DNA from: an uncultured Roseivirgaceae bacterium
GTDB lineage: Bacteria > Bacteroidota > Bacteroidia > Cytophagales > Cyclobacteriaceae
DNA: 63,664 bases
Assembly: GCA_964395765.1 (NCBI GenBank)
Contig: CAYNCU010000001.1
Location: forward strand, 1 to 63,664
Direction of reading: 5' to 3'
Both the position numbers and the translations under genes were made by a program. Below are positions 44,837 to 54,836 of this stretch, piece by piece. The notes beneath the pieces were generated by a model, which saw nothing but the letters and a program-made list of their open reading frames with translations, was not told the origin of the DNA and did not search any database. How positions within the stretch are numbered: the first letter of the stretch is position 1; every line of letters starts with the position of its first letter.

Positions 44837-47125
44837 TTATCTTATAACTGCCAGTTTTCCGACATATGTTTCTTTCCCATCGGGGTCTGCGGTAAAAACC
44901 ATATATACTCCTGTTTGTACCCTTCTTCCGGAAACATCCCGGGTATTCCACGATGCTGTCCCGCCTTGCGAAACCGTTTCGTAAACTTCCAATCCGTTCA
45001 CCGTTGTAATTTTAACGATTGCTCCGGAAGGCAATCCACTAATTCCTACCAGTCCTGTGAAATCCGGCGCTACCGGGTTAGGGAATATTTTCACCCCTGA
45101 TGTATTCTCATCAGCGACCGTGGCCGTTCCCCTCCATGAGAGCAAGCCTTTATCCGTACTGAAAAATACCTCTCCGGTTTTACCATTAATTCCGATGTCA
45201 AGGATCACGTCGGAAAAAAGGGGGCTGTTTGAAGCATTGAAATTCGTCAACAGCTTACTTCCGTCTTCATTGAAAAGCCATGCACCTTTGTCGGTCCCCA
45301 CCCACTTGTCGTTCCCGCCATCCACCGCCAGGCAGGTAATATTTTCACCCCGGAGCAGGTAACGATTATCGAAAACGGGCACTACAGCATTTACTGATGC
45401 ATCGGTCATGACTTCTTCCGGCAGGGGAAAATAAGCGACGCCCTGGTCTGTCGCCACCCATATCATGCCGTTCATATCTTCCATCATATCGTTAACGGCA
45501 TCCCCCGGCAGGCCTCCCTCATTGTTCGTACTTGTAAGCGTCCGCGATTTCCCGGATGCCGGATCAAAAACAATGATGCCCCCTTCGAAAGAAGGGTCCG
45601 GCCTTATCCAATACTGGCCATTCTGCATTTTGATCACCTGAAGGGCAGAAGAAGCATGAGGATCGGGTATATCGTAGGAACTCCAGGAACCGGAGGCTGA
45701 GTTTACCACGAGTGTGGCATAAACATGATCGTTCAACATATATAAATCCCCCGACCCATCCACGTTCACAGAAGATACCAGTGTATTTCTACCCGGCGGG
45801 TTAGCATTAACAAGGGCTGAACCTGGCGTGTTTTCGTCAATGATGGTAAATTGGCTGCCACCATCCCATTTAAGCAGGCCGTACCCATAGGAAGCAAAAA
45901 TCATTGTACCGGAATTGGGATCGTAATCTACGGAAACAAGATCCTTCACCGGAGGGCCGGGATTTTGTCCCTTTGCGCCGCTGTTATTATAGCTTTCCCA
46001 ACTCCCGTTTTCAAATACGGAGAATCCCATGTCATTTCCCGAGGGCAAACCGGAATTGCCGATACCCGGAGGAAGGATAATGATCCTGTCGTCTTTATAA
46101 CTTACTGATTTCACATTTTCAATAAAAGGCCCATCGGGATACATGCTCCGGAAATCGCCACTGGCATTCGTGACCATGCCATTGAGTCCGTCGGCGATGA
46201 ATATACTTCCGTCCGCATCCGTGGTGCAGAACTTCGGTTCTTTGATCAACGCATCGCTGACGGGAATGAAATTATAGTTGCCGTCCATTAAATTCACTTT
46301 GCTTTCACTGACGATACCTGCATACTTCGAAGATGAAGAAAGGGAAACTATTTTATCTTCCCCGAAGTCTTTGACCAGCACCCATTGATCCCCGTGTAAA
46401 GCATATATATATTGACCGGCAAGAGAAGCGATGACCTCATTATTGTAGGCTGCTACAGCATCTGCCGCACCTGCGGGTAATCCGTCAGTTTCACCGTATC
46501 TTTTCCAGTTGGTGTAATCCACCAGGTTTACCTCCGGAGACAGGGATCCTGAAATTATTCCGTCATCTGTAGCGGCATAAAATATGTTATTGAGAATCGT
46601 GACCGCATTTACCGGAAGACTTTCGGCGGAAGGTCCCAGGTCGTGCCAGGTTTCAAAGATATTATCAGCGGCCAGATCAAAAACGATAATGCCGTAATCC
46701 GTAGCCAGGTAGGCCCGATTTCCCGACACTATGATATCTTTTATCTCCTTGGAATAATTCAGGGGTGTATCGCGGATTCCTGTGAAGTTCTTTACGGTGT
46801 TGCCGCTAATGATATCCAGGTTCCCGTTGTCATAACCGAGCACAAGGGTACCGTCCTGACTGTAACCTGCTGCCGTGATGATTACATCACTCAGGCCATT
46901 CACCTTGGAAAGCGTGCCCAGACTATTATCTGTTTTATCGAAGTAAAAAAGGCCGTTGTCGGTCAGGCAGTATATCCTGTTCCCCGCGACCAGAATTTTA
47001 TCGGCATGATCGTAGGCAATATGGGAACGCCATGTGCCCAGGGGTATCAGTTCCTGGGCGGGCAGGATTCCCGGGCTAAAAAAGAGGGTCAATCCCGTAA
47101 CATATAAAAACGTGCGAAATTTCAA
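44837..47125 (-). CDS. porZ: Double beta-propeller (two-component-regulator propeller repeats) protein with T9SS C-terminal sorting domain, PorZ-like
   Basis: 762 aa with signal peptide and many Reg_prop-like repeats. C-terminal CTD (KIFPNPV ... GVYMVFT ... GKLAVIR). Size and architecture match PorZ. TTG start overlaps the tdk stop. Confidence 0.5.
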   Translation of the reverse strand: MKFRTFLYVTGLTLFFSPGILPAQELIPLGTWRSHIAYDHADKILVAGNRIYCLTDNGLFYFDKTDNSLGTLSKVNGLSDVIITAAGYSQDGTLVLGYDNGNLDIISGNTVKNFTGIRDTPLNYSKEIKDIIVSGNRAYLATDYGIIVFDLAADNIFETWHDLGPSAESLPVNAVTILNNIFYAATDDGIISGSLSPEVNLVDYTNWKRYGETDGLPAGAADAVAAYNNEVIASLAGQYIYALHGDQWVLVKDFGEDKIVSLSSSSKYAGIVSESKVNLMDGNYNFIPVSDALIKEPKFCTTDADGSIFIADGLNGMVTNASGDFRSMYPDGPFIENVKSVSYKDDRIIILPPGIGNSGLPSGNDMGFSVFENGSWESYNNSGAKGQNPGPPVKDLVSVDYDPNSGTMIFASYGYGLLKWDGGSQFTIIDENTPGSALVNANPPGRNTLVSSVNVDGSGDLYMLNDHVYATLVVNSASGSWSSYDIPDPHASSALQVIKMQNGQYWIRPDPSFEGGIIVFDPASGKSRTLTSTNNEGGLPGDAVNDMMEDMNGMIWVATDQGVAYFPLPEEVMTDASVNAVVPVFDNRYLLRGENITCLAVDGGNDKWVGTDKGAWLFNEDGSKLLTNFNASNSPLFSDVILDIGINGKTGEVFFSTDKGLLSWRGTATVADENTSGVKIFPNPVAPDFTGLVGISGLPSGAIVKITTVNGLEVYETVSQGGTASWNTRDVSGRRVQTGVYMVFTADPDGKETYVGKLAVIR

Positions 47126-47718
47126 TTTTTAATTCTTTCTTCTTTAAAGCATTTCCGGCAAAGCGGTTCATATTTATTTTTTTCGCCGACCAGTATCCGG
47201 CTGTTTTCTATGCTGGTCCTGTGCGAGTATCCTGCCAGCTCTCCGCAGCGGATACATACGGCATGAAGCTTGGTCACATATTCTGCTATTGCCATCAGCC
47301 CGGGCATCGGGCCGAAGGGCACTCCTTCATAATCCATATCAAGGCCCGCGACGATCACGCGTTTCCCCGTGTACGCCAACTGGTCAGCCACCCGGATCAG
47401 GTTCTCATCAAAAAACTGCGCCTCGTCGATACCCACGACGTTACAATTAGTGGCCATGAGGTAAATATCCGAGGCAAAGTTGACCGGTGTAGAGGCGATC
47501 GCTTTTTCATCGTGCGACACTACCTGGTCTTTCTGATAACGATCATCGATGACCGGTTTGTAAATTTCTACTTTCTGGCGGGCGATGATGGCCCGGTTCA
47601 GCCGGCGGATCAGCTCTTCGGTCTTCCCGGAGAACATGGCTCCGGTGATGACCTCAATCCAGCCTGAATTCGTGGAGGGTTTCATTAATGTTTCGCCTGA
47701 CATAGGTTCATGGAGCAT
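47122..47718 (-). CDS. tdk: Thymidine kinase
   Basis: 198 aa with P-loop GAMFSGKTEEL and a C-terminal zinc ribbon (CIRCG ... CRKC). The exact start among three Met codons is uncertain. Confidence 0.9.
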   Translation of the reverse strand: MLHEPMSGETLMKPSTNSGWIEVITGAMFSGKTEELIRRLNRAIIARQKVEIYKPVIDDRYQKDQVVSHDEKAIASTPVNFASDIYLMATNCNVVGIDEAQFFDENLIRVADQLAYTGKRVIVAGLDMDYEGVPFGPMPGLMAIAEYVTKLHAVCIRCGELAGYSHRTSIENSRILVGEKNKYEPLCRKCFKEERIKN

Positions 47719-47762
47719 GACAGTAATATTTATCGAATTTTCAATATTTCATAAATTACAAA

Positions 47763-47804
47763 TTTTCAATTTCCAACTTCCAATTTCCAATCTCCAACTT
47801 CCAA
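47763..47804. repeat. Six tandem heptamers YYTYCAA (TTGGAAR on the minus strand) upstream of tdk
   Basis: ttttcaa tttccaa cttccaa tttccaa tctccaa cttccaa. Confidence 0.75.
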
Positions 47805-48091
47805 AAAATGCGATCTTGTAAAAATCCGGGAGGTTGGAAATGGTGCCAACGGGCATACCTTCGGAAGAGATTGAAAACCTTAGATTGGGGATTAGAATTC
47901 AGGATTTGAAAATTATTCGTCATTTGATGCTTGCTATTGGAAATTTTACGGAAGCCTGGAATTATTATAAATCTCAAATATTAATTAACCGGGTCCGATT
48001 CAAATTCAATTGTTAACTTTACCATAAATATTAGTTATTTTTCGTTTATCATAATAAGGAAGTGGGTTGACTTTATATTATCAATGAAATT

Positions 48092-49099
48092 ATGGCCGAT
48101 AGTTCGATCAATTTTCAATATATTCAAAATTACAGTAAACAATTCGCGAGGATCGTATGCGACAATTATTTTCGTGAGAAAAACTGCATAACCGGGAAGG
48201 AAATCCTGGAAATAACGGAGGTCAGGCAGGTAAACCTGCTGATCATCAAGGACCTCTATGATTCCTGGCAGAAGGAAGTTGACAGTATTAAGAGTCCGTA
48301 TTTCGATTATTCTTCTGAACCGGTGCAGGAGGCTATGAAAAACCTGCGGAATGTTCTTTCGAATAATATCAAGATGGTGCGACCGGTATTTGAACTCCTG
48401 TTAGCGAGAGCGGTTGAAAAGACAATGACCCTTTTATATTCTCCGTATGAATTTTTCATTTCACTTTTTTCTTCCGATAAAGCGGGGAGTTTTACCCTGG
48501 TTGGGCTAAAAGGGAACCGGAAATACATCAAGATCAACACCCATCTTTATGATTCATTTCTGAAGCACCTGGAGGAGAAAAAAATATTAAGCGCTGACAG
48601 CGATTTGCTGGTGAGTTCCTTCAATGAAGTATTAAGTCATTACAATGAAACACCGGATGATCCCGACCGTTTTTTGGATGCCTTCTCAAAAACACTGGCG
48701 GTGGATACTCAAACCATTTACCTTGAACGGGAAAATCAGCCGGCTGAAAAACCCGTTTCGTCACCTGCGACGGTAACGGCGGAAAATGGCGGAAAGAAAA
48801 CTTTACTCGACGAATTCCAGGAAAATAAATCGGATACAATCGCGGATTACCTGAAACGTAAAACGGTAGAAAGTATTCGGAAGAGCATTACCATCAATCA
48901 GAAATTCATGTTTGTGAGGGAGCTTTTCAAGGAAGATGAGGAATTATTCACACTATCGATCAACGAGCTCGACAATCTTGAAAACCTGCAGGCGGCAGAA
49001 CAGTACATTGAAGTTAATTTTTTCAGCAAGAACCTCTGGCAGCATGACAGCGAAGCCGTGATCGAATTCATGGAGGTGCTACAGAAGAAGTTTTCGTAA
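48092..49099 (+). CDS. Hypothetical protein
   Basis: 335 aa ORF with protein-like composition and no family recognised. Confidence 0.5.
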   Translation: MADSSINFQYIQNYSKQFARIVCDNYFREKNCITGKEILEITEVRQVNLLIIKDLYDSWQKEVDSIKSPYFDYSSEPVQEAMKNLRNVLSNNIKMVRPVFELLLARAVEKTMTLLYSPYEFFISLFSSDKAGSFTLVGLKGNRKYIKINTHLYDSFLKHLEEKKILSADSDLLVSSFNEVLSHYNETPDDPDRFLDAFSKTLAVDTQTIYLERENQPAEKPVSSPATVTAENGGKKTLLDEFQENKSDTIADYLKRKTVESIRKSITINQKFMFVRELFKEDEELFTLSINELDNLENLQAAEQYIEVNFFSKNLWQHDSEAVIEFMEVLQKKFS

Positions 49100-49276
49100 T
49101 TTGAAGGTCTTAAAGGGGTTACATCGAGTTGCCCGGAAAAGGCACTGAGAACCACGGCGTTTTTTTATTGTTTTGCATCAAAATCATATACGAGATTATT
49201 TTCCCGCATAAAATTTTCTCTGCGTCGCGCTGTGCCTTCAGCGGCTCTCTGTGAAAATATTAGCGTTCAATTAATT

Positions 49277-50548
49277 TTACCGGCCCAGCATTTGCATCCT
49301 ATGCGCGTCGAGTTTCAGCAGGACAAAAAGGAGCAATGAAAATCCGATCAGCGATGATCCGCCGTAGCTGAGGAATGGGAGGGGTATGCCGATCACCGGG
49401 AAAAGGCCGATAGTCATACCTATATTGATCATAAAATGTATGAAGATGATTCCGCCTGCCGCGTAGCCGTAACACCTGGCGAAGCGCGATTTCTGCCTTT
49501 CGGCAATAAAAAAGATCCTTAATATCAATATCGTAAACAAGCCCAGGATCACCACCGAGCCTACCCAGCCGTGTTCTTCCCCTAAGGTGCAGAATATGAA
49601 GTCCGTGCTCTGCTCCGGAACGAAGTCAAATTTCGTTTGTGTTCCCTGCAGAAATCCTTTTCCGAAAAATCCTCCCGAGCCGATCGCTATTTTGGATTGG
49701 GTAACATTCCAACCGTCGCCCAGCGGGTCATAGTTAGGGTTAATAAGCACTTGTATCCTTTGTCGCTGGTGGGGCTTAAGGACGTCTTTCAAAACAAAAT
49801 CCACACTGAATACAAGGCCGGCCGTGAGGGCGCCGATAATCAGGATCGCTGCAATTTTCTGCACGGAGCGGTAGTTAAAACCTGCAGCGATCAGTGCGAA
49901 AATACCAATCCCAAGCAGGATATAGATCTTGTTAAAGAAAAGAGTAAGGATAAAGATCAGGATCAGGGCTGCCCCGATCAGGATGAAGTAGGGAGACAAT
50001 CCTTCCCGGTAGAGAAGAATGATAAACGAGGCGAAAATTATTGCCGTTCCCAGGTCGGGCTGAAGGATGATCAGCACCACGGGCAACATGATGAGCGTCC
50101 CGATACCCACATAATTGGTTATGCCGGCCAGCTTGAAACCCGGCCGGTCGATAAACTTTGCCACCGCCAGCGCAGTGGCAAATTTCACGAATTCGGAAGG
50201 CTGAAAGCGAAACAGGGAACCGATGGCAAACCATGATCTCGCCCCCGATACCACCCTGCCGAATACCAGTACCAGCAGCAGGACAAGGATGGCCAGGCCG
50301 TAAATAATATAGGAAACCGACTCATAAAATTTATAATCAATGCCCATGATGATGATGAACAGGATAAGGGAGACCCCGATCCAGATCAGTTGTTTTCCTG
50401 AATTCATGGTCAGGCTGAAAATTCCGGCACTGGATCCTTCTTGGTATACGGAGGCATAAATATTGAACCATCCGATGATCACAAGGGCCAGGTAGATCAT
50501 AAAGGATAACCAATCGATGTTGTTCAATATGTTGGAATCCCTTTGCAT
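49277..50548 (-). CDS. rodA: Rod shape-determining protein RodA (SEDS family peptidoglycan polymerase)
   Basis: 423 aa polytopic FtsW/RodA/SpoVE pattern (PSEFVKF, DFIF..LGEE.G, SYGGSS). Follows mrdA. Confidence 0.85.
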   Translation of the reverse strand: MQRDSNILNNIDWLSFMIYLALVIIGWFNIYASVYQEGSSAGIFSLTMNSGKQLIWIGVSLILFIIIMGIDYKFYESVSYIIYGLAILVLLLVLVFGRVVSGARSWFAIGSLFRFQPSEFVKFATALAVAKFIDRPGFKLAGITNYVGIGTLIMLPVVLIILQPDLGTAIIFASFIILLYREGLSPYFILIGAALILIFILTLFFNKIYILLGIGIFALIAAGFNYRSVQKIAAILIIGALTAGLVFSVDFVLKDVLKPHQRQRIQVLINPNYDPLGDGWNVTQSKIAIGSGGFFGKGFLQGTQTKFDFVPEQSTDFIFCTLGEEHGWVGSVVILGLFTILILRIFFIAERQKSRFARCYGYAAGGIIFIHFMINIGMTIGLFPVIGIPLPFLSYGGSSLIGFSLLLFVLLKLDAHRMQMLGR

Positions 50549-50549
50549 A

Positions 50550-52349
50550 CTAATAGAGGAACTCTCCTTTCATTACATAATCTTCAAGCCACTGGCGTGT
50601 TATATACCCGCGCAAGTATTTCTCGATCACCAGGCTACCGATAGATGCCGCGGCACGTCCTCCCCAGCCCGAATTTTCGACATAAACGGCCAGCGCGATT
50701 TTCGGATGATCCTTGGGGGCAAAAGCCATAAAGCCGGAATGATCAGCGCCGTGAGGATTTTCAACCGTACTTGTTTTCCCGCATATCGGGATATCTTCAA
50801 TATAAGCCCTCCGTCCCGAGCCTTCCTTCACTACGCCTTCCATACCATCGATGACAGGCTTGAAATAAATGGAGTCAATGCCCACATAATGCCTGAGGCG
50901 GAAAACGGAATCGGCCAGCCCGGTACTCCCGATCGATTTAATAATATGAGGATCGATATAATACCCCCGGTTGGCGAGTATGGAGGCGAGGTTCGCCATC
51001 TGCAGCGGCGTTACCAGTGTTTCACCCTGCCCGATCGCCAGGGAATATATATTGGAAAATTTCCAGCGATCCTTCCCGTAATATTTATCATAGTAGGCGA
51101 TGCCCGGCATAAATCCCCCTTTCGGATTGGGAAGGTCAATGACAGGGGTCACGCCGAGGTCGAATTTTGTGACATATTTTCTCCATTCCTGTAGTCCCAG
51201 GCGGGAATCGATATAAGGATTCGGATCTTTGCCCTGTTCAATGATCCTCCGGAATACCTGGAAGAAAAAGTTATTGGAAGAATACGTGATCCCTTTGGTG
51301 ATATTATAGTAGCCGGTGGGAGCCAGGTCCCCGATCAGCGAGCCGTCGCAATATATCTCATCCGACGGGGTGATTACTTTTTCCTGTAAGGCGATCAGGG
51401 ACTGCACCGTTTTAAACATGGAGCCCGGCGGGTACATGGCCATGATGGGCCGGTTAAACAGCGGCACCAGTGTATCGGCCTGCAATTTCTGAAAGTTGGA
51501 AGAAAATTTTCTTCCCGACAGCAGGCTTGGATCATAGGAAGGCGATGAAACAATAGATAGGATTTCACCGGTCGAAGGCTCTATGGCAACCAGGCTGCCA
51601 ACTTTCCCGTCGAGTAACTTTTCGGCATATTTCTGAAGATCCAGGTCAATGCTAGAAACGAGGTTTTGCCCCGGCACCGATAGTGTATCATGCTGGCCGT
51701 CATCGAAAGACCCCTTCACCACTCCCCTGACATTCACCATTTTATATTGTACACCGCGCTGGCCCCGCAGTTGTTTTTCATATTTCTGTTCTATCCCGCT
51801 GATCCCGATGTAGTCGCCGCCATGGTAATAATTCGTGGAATCGGCATCGAGCTGTCTTTTACTGATCTCCCCGATATAGCCCAGGGAATTGGCCAGGCTG
51901 TGATGCGGGTAGGCCCTCGCCGAACGGGCGACAATGTAAAACCCGCTATAGTCGATCAACTGGTCCTCGATCCTTGCAAATTCAATATTAGATAACTCTT
52001 TCAAAAATATGGAGGGCTTGATCATTGAATACTTCCGCGCCTCCCTGTATTTTTCGATAAACGTGTCCTTATCAATTCCCATAAGATTGCAGAACCGGGC
52101 TGTATCCTTCACCTTTACCTCGCGGGGTACGATCATAAGGTCGTAGATGGGATTATTAACGACCAGGAATTTGTGGTTCCGGTCATAGATCAAACCGCGG
52201 TAAGGATACTCGACTATTCGCTGTACGATATTATTTTCCGCCGCCAGCTTATAGCTTTTGCTGACCACCTGAATGTTGAACAACTTGATAAGGAATACCA
52301 GGCTGACCAGCACGACAAAAGCCCTGATGTATATCTTCCTGTTATCCAT
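50550..52349 (-). CDS. mrdA: Penicillin-binding protein 2 (peptidoglycan D,D-transpeptidase)
   Basis: 599 aa with SxxK (PGSMFK), SxN (YSSN) and KTG (GKTST) motifs. Lies between mreD and rodA. Confidence 0.85.
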   Translation of the reverse strand: MDNRKIYIRAFVVLVSLVFLIKLFNIQVVSKSYKLAAENNIVQRIVEYPYRGLIYDRNHKFLVVNNPIYDLMIVPREVKVKDTARFCNLMGIDKDTFIEKYREARKYSMIKPSIFLKELSNIEFARIEDQLIDYSGFYIVARSARAYPHHSLANSLGYIGEISKRQLDADSTNYYHGGDYIGISGIEQKYEKQLRGQRGVQYKMVNVRGVVKGSFDDGQHDTLSVPGQNLVSSIDLDLQKYAEKLLDGKVGSLVAIEPSTGEILSIVSSPSYDPSLLSGRKFSSNFQKLQADTLVPLFNRPIMAMYPPGSMFKTVQSLIALQEKVITPSDEIYCDGSLIGDLAPTGYYNITKGITYSSNNFFFQVFRRIIEQGKDPNPYIDSRLGLQEWRKYVTKFDLGVTPVIDLPNPKGGFMPGIAYYDKYYGKDRWKFSNIYSLAIGQGETLVTPLQMANLASILANRGYYIDPHIIKSIGSTGLADSVFRLRHYVGIDSIYFKPVIDGMEGVVKEGSGRRAYIEDIPICGKTSTVENPHGADHSGFMAFAPKDHPKIALAVYVENSGWGGRAAASIGSLVIEKYLRGYITRQWLEDYVMKGEFLY

Positions 52350-52867
52350 TAGATTGTTCTTACATTTCTATAAAACAAATATTGTATTAAAATTAACACC
52401 GTTGAAGTGAAAATTGCGCTTGCCATCACTTTTTTAAAGACAAACCAGCCGATCAGGAAGTGCCCGGCCTCTATCTGGAACAGCAGCAGGTGATGAATAA
52501 AAACCAGCGGGAATACGTAATACACAAACCAGCTCAGCCCCAGCAGGCGGACGGCCGGCGCATTTATATCCTCATACCCCCCCGGAGGTGTGATCAGCGA
52601 AATCCATGGTTTTCGGAGGAAGGCAATCAACACGGTTGCAGCGGCATTTACACCCATGGTATTGTAAAATATATCCGTAAACAGACCGCTTGCAAAGGCT
52701 AATGTGATCAGCAACATGGAATTAATATTGAACGGAAGGAAGAGAATGAAGGCAATGTACACGAAACAAAATGTATTACCGAATAACACCATATTATCGA
52801 ACAGGAAAATCTGTGCCCCGAGAAAAACTAAAAACGAAATAAAATAGGTGATCGTATTCTGACGCAT
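52349..52867 (-). CDS. mreD: Rod shape-determining protein MreD
   Basis: 172 aa hydrophobic protein located between mreC and mrdA. Confidence 0.7.
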   Translation of the reverse strand: MRQNTITYFISFLVFLGAQIFLFDNMVLFGNTFCFVYIAFILFLPFNINSMLLITLAFASGLFTDIFYNTMGVNAAATVLIAFLRKPWISLITPPGGYEDINAPAVRLLGLSWFVYYVFPLVFIHHLLLFQIEAGHFLIGWFVFKKVMASAIFTSTVLILIQYLFYRNVRTI

Positions 52868-52880
52868 TTTTTAATTAAAC

Positions 52881-53717
52881 TTATTTTGTATAAGTCGACT
52901 GTTCCAGGGAATCCTTTTCGGCCCTGAATTTATTTTTAATAATATATACATAGGACAGGGTATTGAAATCCGTCGACAGCCGTACCCTGACATGATAAAA
53001 CGTTTCATTCTCCCTGATCGAGTAACTCTCGATAATACCGATGGGTTCATTTTCCGGGAAGATGGCATTATACCCGGAAGTTACCACCGTATCCCCTTCC
53101 GCGAGTTTGACATGACGGGGGACATAAAGCAAGTTGGCATATAAAGGATCTTCCCCGTTCCAAGAAGTAGTGCAGATTACATGATTGCTTTTTATCTCGG
53201 AAGAAACCAGCATATCGGAATGCAACATTGAATAAATGGTAGAGAAATCTTCCGAACATGCCCGCACCTTTCCTACGATACCCCAGGAGCTGATCACTCC
53301 CATTCCGGGCTCCACCCCCTGTTTCTTTCCCTTATCCACGGTCAGGTAATTATTGATCCGCCGAACAGAATTATTGATCACTTTGGCTGTAATAAAATTA
53401 AATTGATTGGTAACGACCGTATCCGGGCCGAGAATTTCAGGCAATGCCGGTTCCTTGTTTTTCATGTCTTCGGAAATTATCTCGCGGAGAAAAGCATTCT
53501 CTTTTGCCAGGTCCCTGTTCTGCATGGCCAGGTTGAAATAATTACTGATATTATTTTTTATAGTGAATACGGTGGATGAGATCACATTAGCGGTATTGTA
53601 AAAAGAAGAACTCTGATATTTACCGGAGCTGACGATGAGAACAGCGCATAAAATTTCAAATATAAGAAAGGTGAAAAAAGAACGATAGAGATAAATAAAT
53701 TGAAATAACCTTCTCAT
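52881..53717 (-). CDS. mreC: Rod shape-determining protein MreC
   Basis: 278 aa with an N-terminal TM helix, a coiled coil and a beta-rich domain (GMGVISSWGIVGKV, TSGYNAIFPENEPIG). Follows mreB. Confidence 0.8.
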   Translation of the reverse strand: MRRLFQFIYLYRSFFTFLIFEILCAVLIVSSGKYQSSSFYNTANVISSTVFTIKNNISNYFNLAMQNRDLAKENAFLREIISEDMKNKEPALPEILGPDTVVTNQFNFITAKVINNSVRRINNYLTVDKGKKQGVEPGMGVISSWGIVGKVRACSEDFSTIYSMLHSDMLVSSEIKSNHVICTTSWNGEDPLYANLLYVPRHVKLAEGDTVVTSGYNAIFPENEPIGIIESYSIRENETFYHVRVRLSTDFNTLSYVYIIKNKFRAEKDSLEQSTYTK

Positions 53718-53726
53718 CAGGCATTG

Positions 53727-54752
53727 CTAAGTCATAAGGATTGACTTATATGCAGGTATATTCTTCAATGCAATACCGGTACCCCGTACGACGGCTCTCA
53801 GGGGATCTTCAGTTATATGGATTGGTAATTTTGTTTTTAAAGCAAGCCGTTTGTCGAGTCCGCGCAATAAAGCACCACCGCCGGTCAGGTGAATGCCATT
53901 ATCGTAAATATCGGCGGAAAGTTCCGGAGGGGAAATTTCCAGCGCCTTGAGGACTGCTTCCTCGATCTTGGAAACCGATTTATCGATGGCAAATGCAATT
54001 TCAGAATAGGATATTTTGATCACTTTGGGAATGCCGGTCATCAGGTCCCTGCCGCGGATCTCGTAATCTTCCGGTGCCTCGTCCAGCTCGGTCAGGGCGG
54101 AGCCCACTTCAATCTTTACTTTTTCAGCCGACCTTTCCCCGATGAGCAGGTTGTGTTGCCTGCGCATGTAATCGAGGATGTCCTTGTTAAAAGTATCTCC
54201 CGCCACGCGTATGGATTGATCGCAGACAATTCCTGAAAGGGCTATAACGGCAATTTCGGTAGTTCCCCCGCCGATATCGACGACCATCGACCCGATAGGC
54301 TGATCGATGTCGATGCCGATGCCCAGAGCCGCCGCAATAGGTTCCTGGATCATATAAACTTCCTTGGCGCCGGCATGTTCCGCGGAATCACGAACGGCAC
54401 GTTTTTCAACCTCCGTGATGCCGGACGGTATGCAGATAACCATTCTGTGGGAAGAGGGGAAAATAGTCCGCTTCACATCCATCATCTTGATCATTCCCCG
54501 GATCATCTGTTCGGCAGCATTGAAGTCGGCAATCACGCCGTCCTTGAGCGGTTTTATCGTTTTAATGTTTTCGTGGGTCTTTTCATGCATCTGCATGGCT
54601 TCCCGGCCGATGGCAAGTACCCTGTTGGTGTTTCTGTCAATGGCAATGATGGAAGGCTCATCTACAACAATTTTGTCCTTATGAATGATTAATGTATTGG
54701 CCGTACCCAGATCAATCGCAATATCGCTTGAAAAGAAATCGAAGAGACCCAT
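53727..54752 (-). CDS. mreB: Rod shape-determining protein MreB (actin-like ATPase)
   Basis: 341 aa with DIAIDLGTANTLI, VVDIGGGTTE and LTGGGALLRGLD motifs. Confidence 0.95.
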   Translation of the reverse strand: MGLFDFFSSDIAIDLGTANTLIIHKDKIVVDEPSIIAIDRNTNRVLAIGREAMQMHEKTHENIKTIKPLKDGVIADFNAAEQMIRGMIKMMDVKRTIFPSSHRMVICIPSGITEVEKRAVRDSAEHAGAKEVYMIQEPIAAALGIGIDIDQPIGSMVVDIGGGTTEIAVIALSGIVCDQSIRVAGDTFNKDILDYMRRQHNLLIGERSAEKVKIEVGSALTELDEAPEDYEIRGRDLMTGIPKVIKISYSEIAFAIDKSVSKIEEAVLKALEISPPELSADIYDNGIHLTGGGALLRGLDKRLALKTKLPIHITEDPLRAVVRGTGIALKNIPAYKSILMT

Positions 54753-54836
54753 TGATTAAGATTATTATAATTTTATTCGTATTTCAGGAAATTTCCCTCA
54801 AATATAAGAATAGTACCATACAATATTAGCCCCCTG

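Noticed and set aside
47756-48016. ORFs of 73 aa (minus) and 60 aa (plus) in the tdk/48092 spacer
   Set aside because: They run through the heptamer low-complexity tract and AT-rich promoter region. The translations (WKLEIGNWKLEIENL and similar) mirror the DNA repeat.
49100-49276. Intrinsic terminator at the T7 run (49160-49166) between the convergent 48092 gene and rodA
   Set aside because: I could only build a weak, interrupted stem (TGCCCGG / CCACGGCG) before the T-run, which is not convincing enough to list as a feature.
50517-51194. 225-aa plus-strand ORF, plus similar antisense ORFs at 3416-4192, 49637-50236, 59871-60470, 34870-35719, 41167-41679 and 46643-47107
   Set aside because: Each lies entirely within, and antisense to, a strongly supported CDS (mrdA, porU, rodA, EEP, LMF-like, aroC, porZ-like), and none has recognisable motifs.
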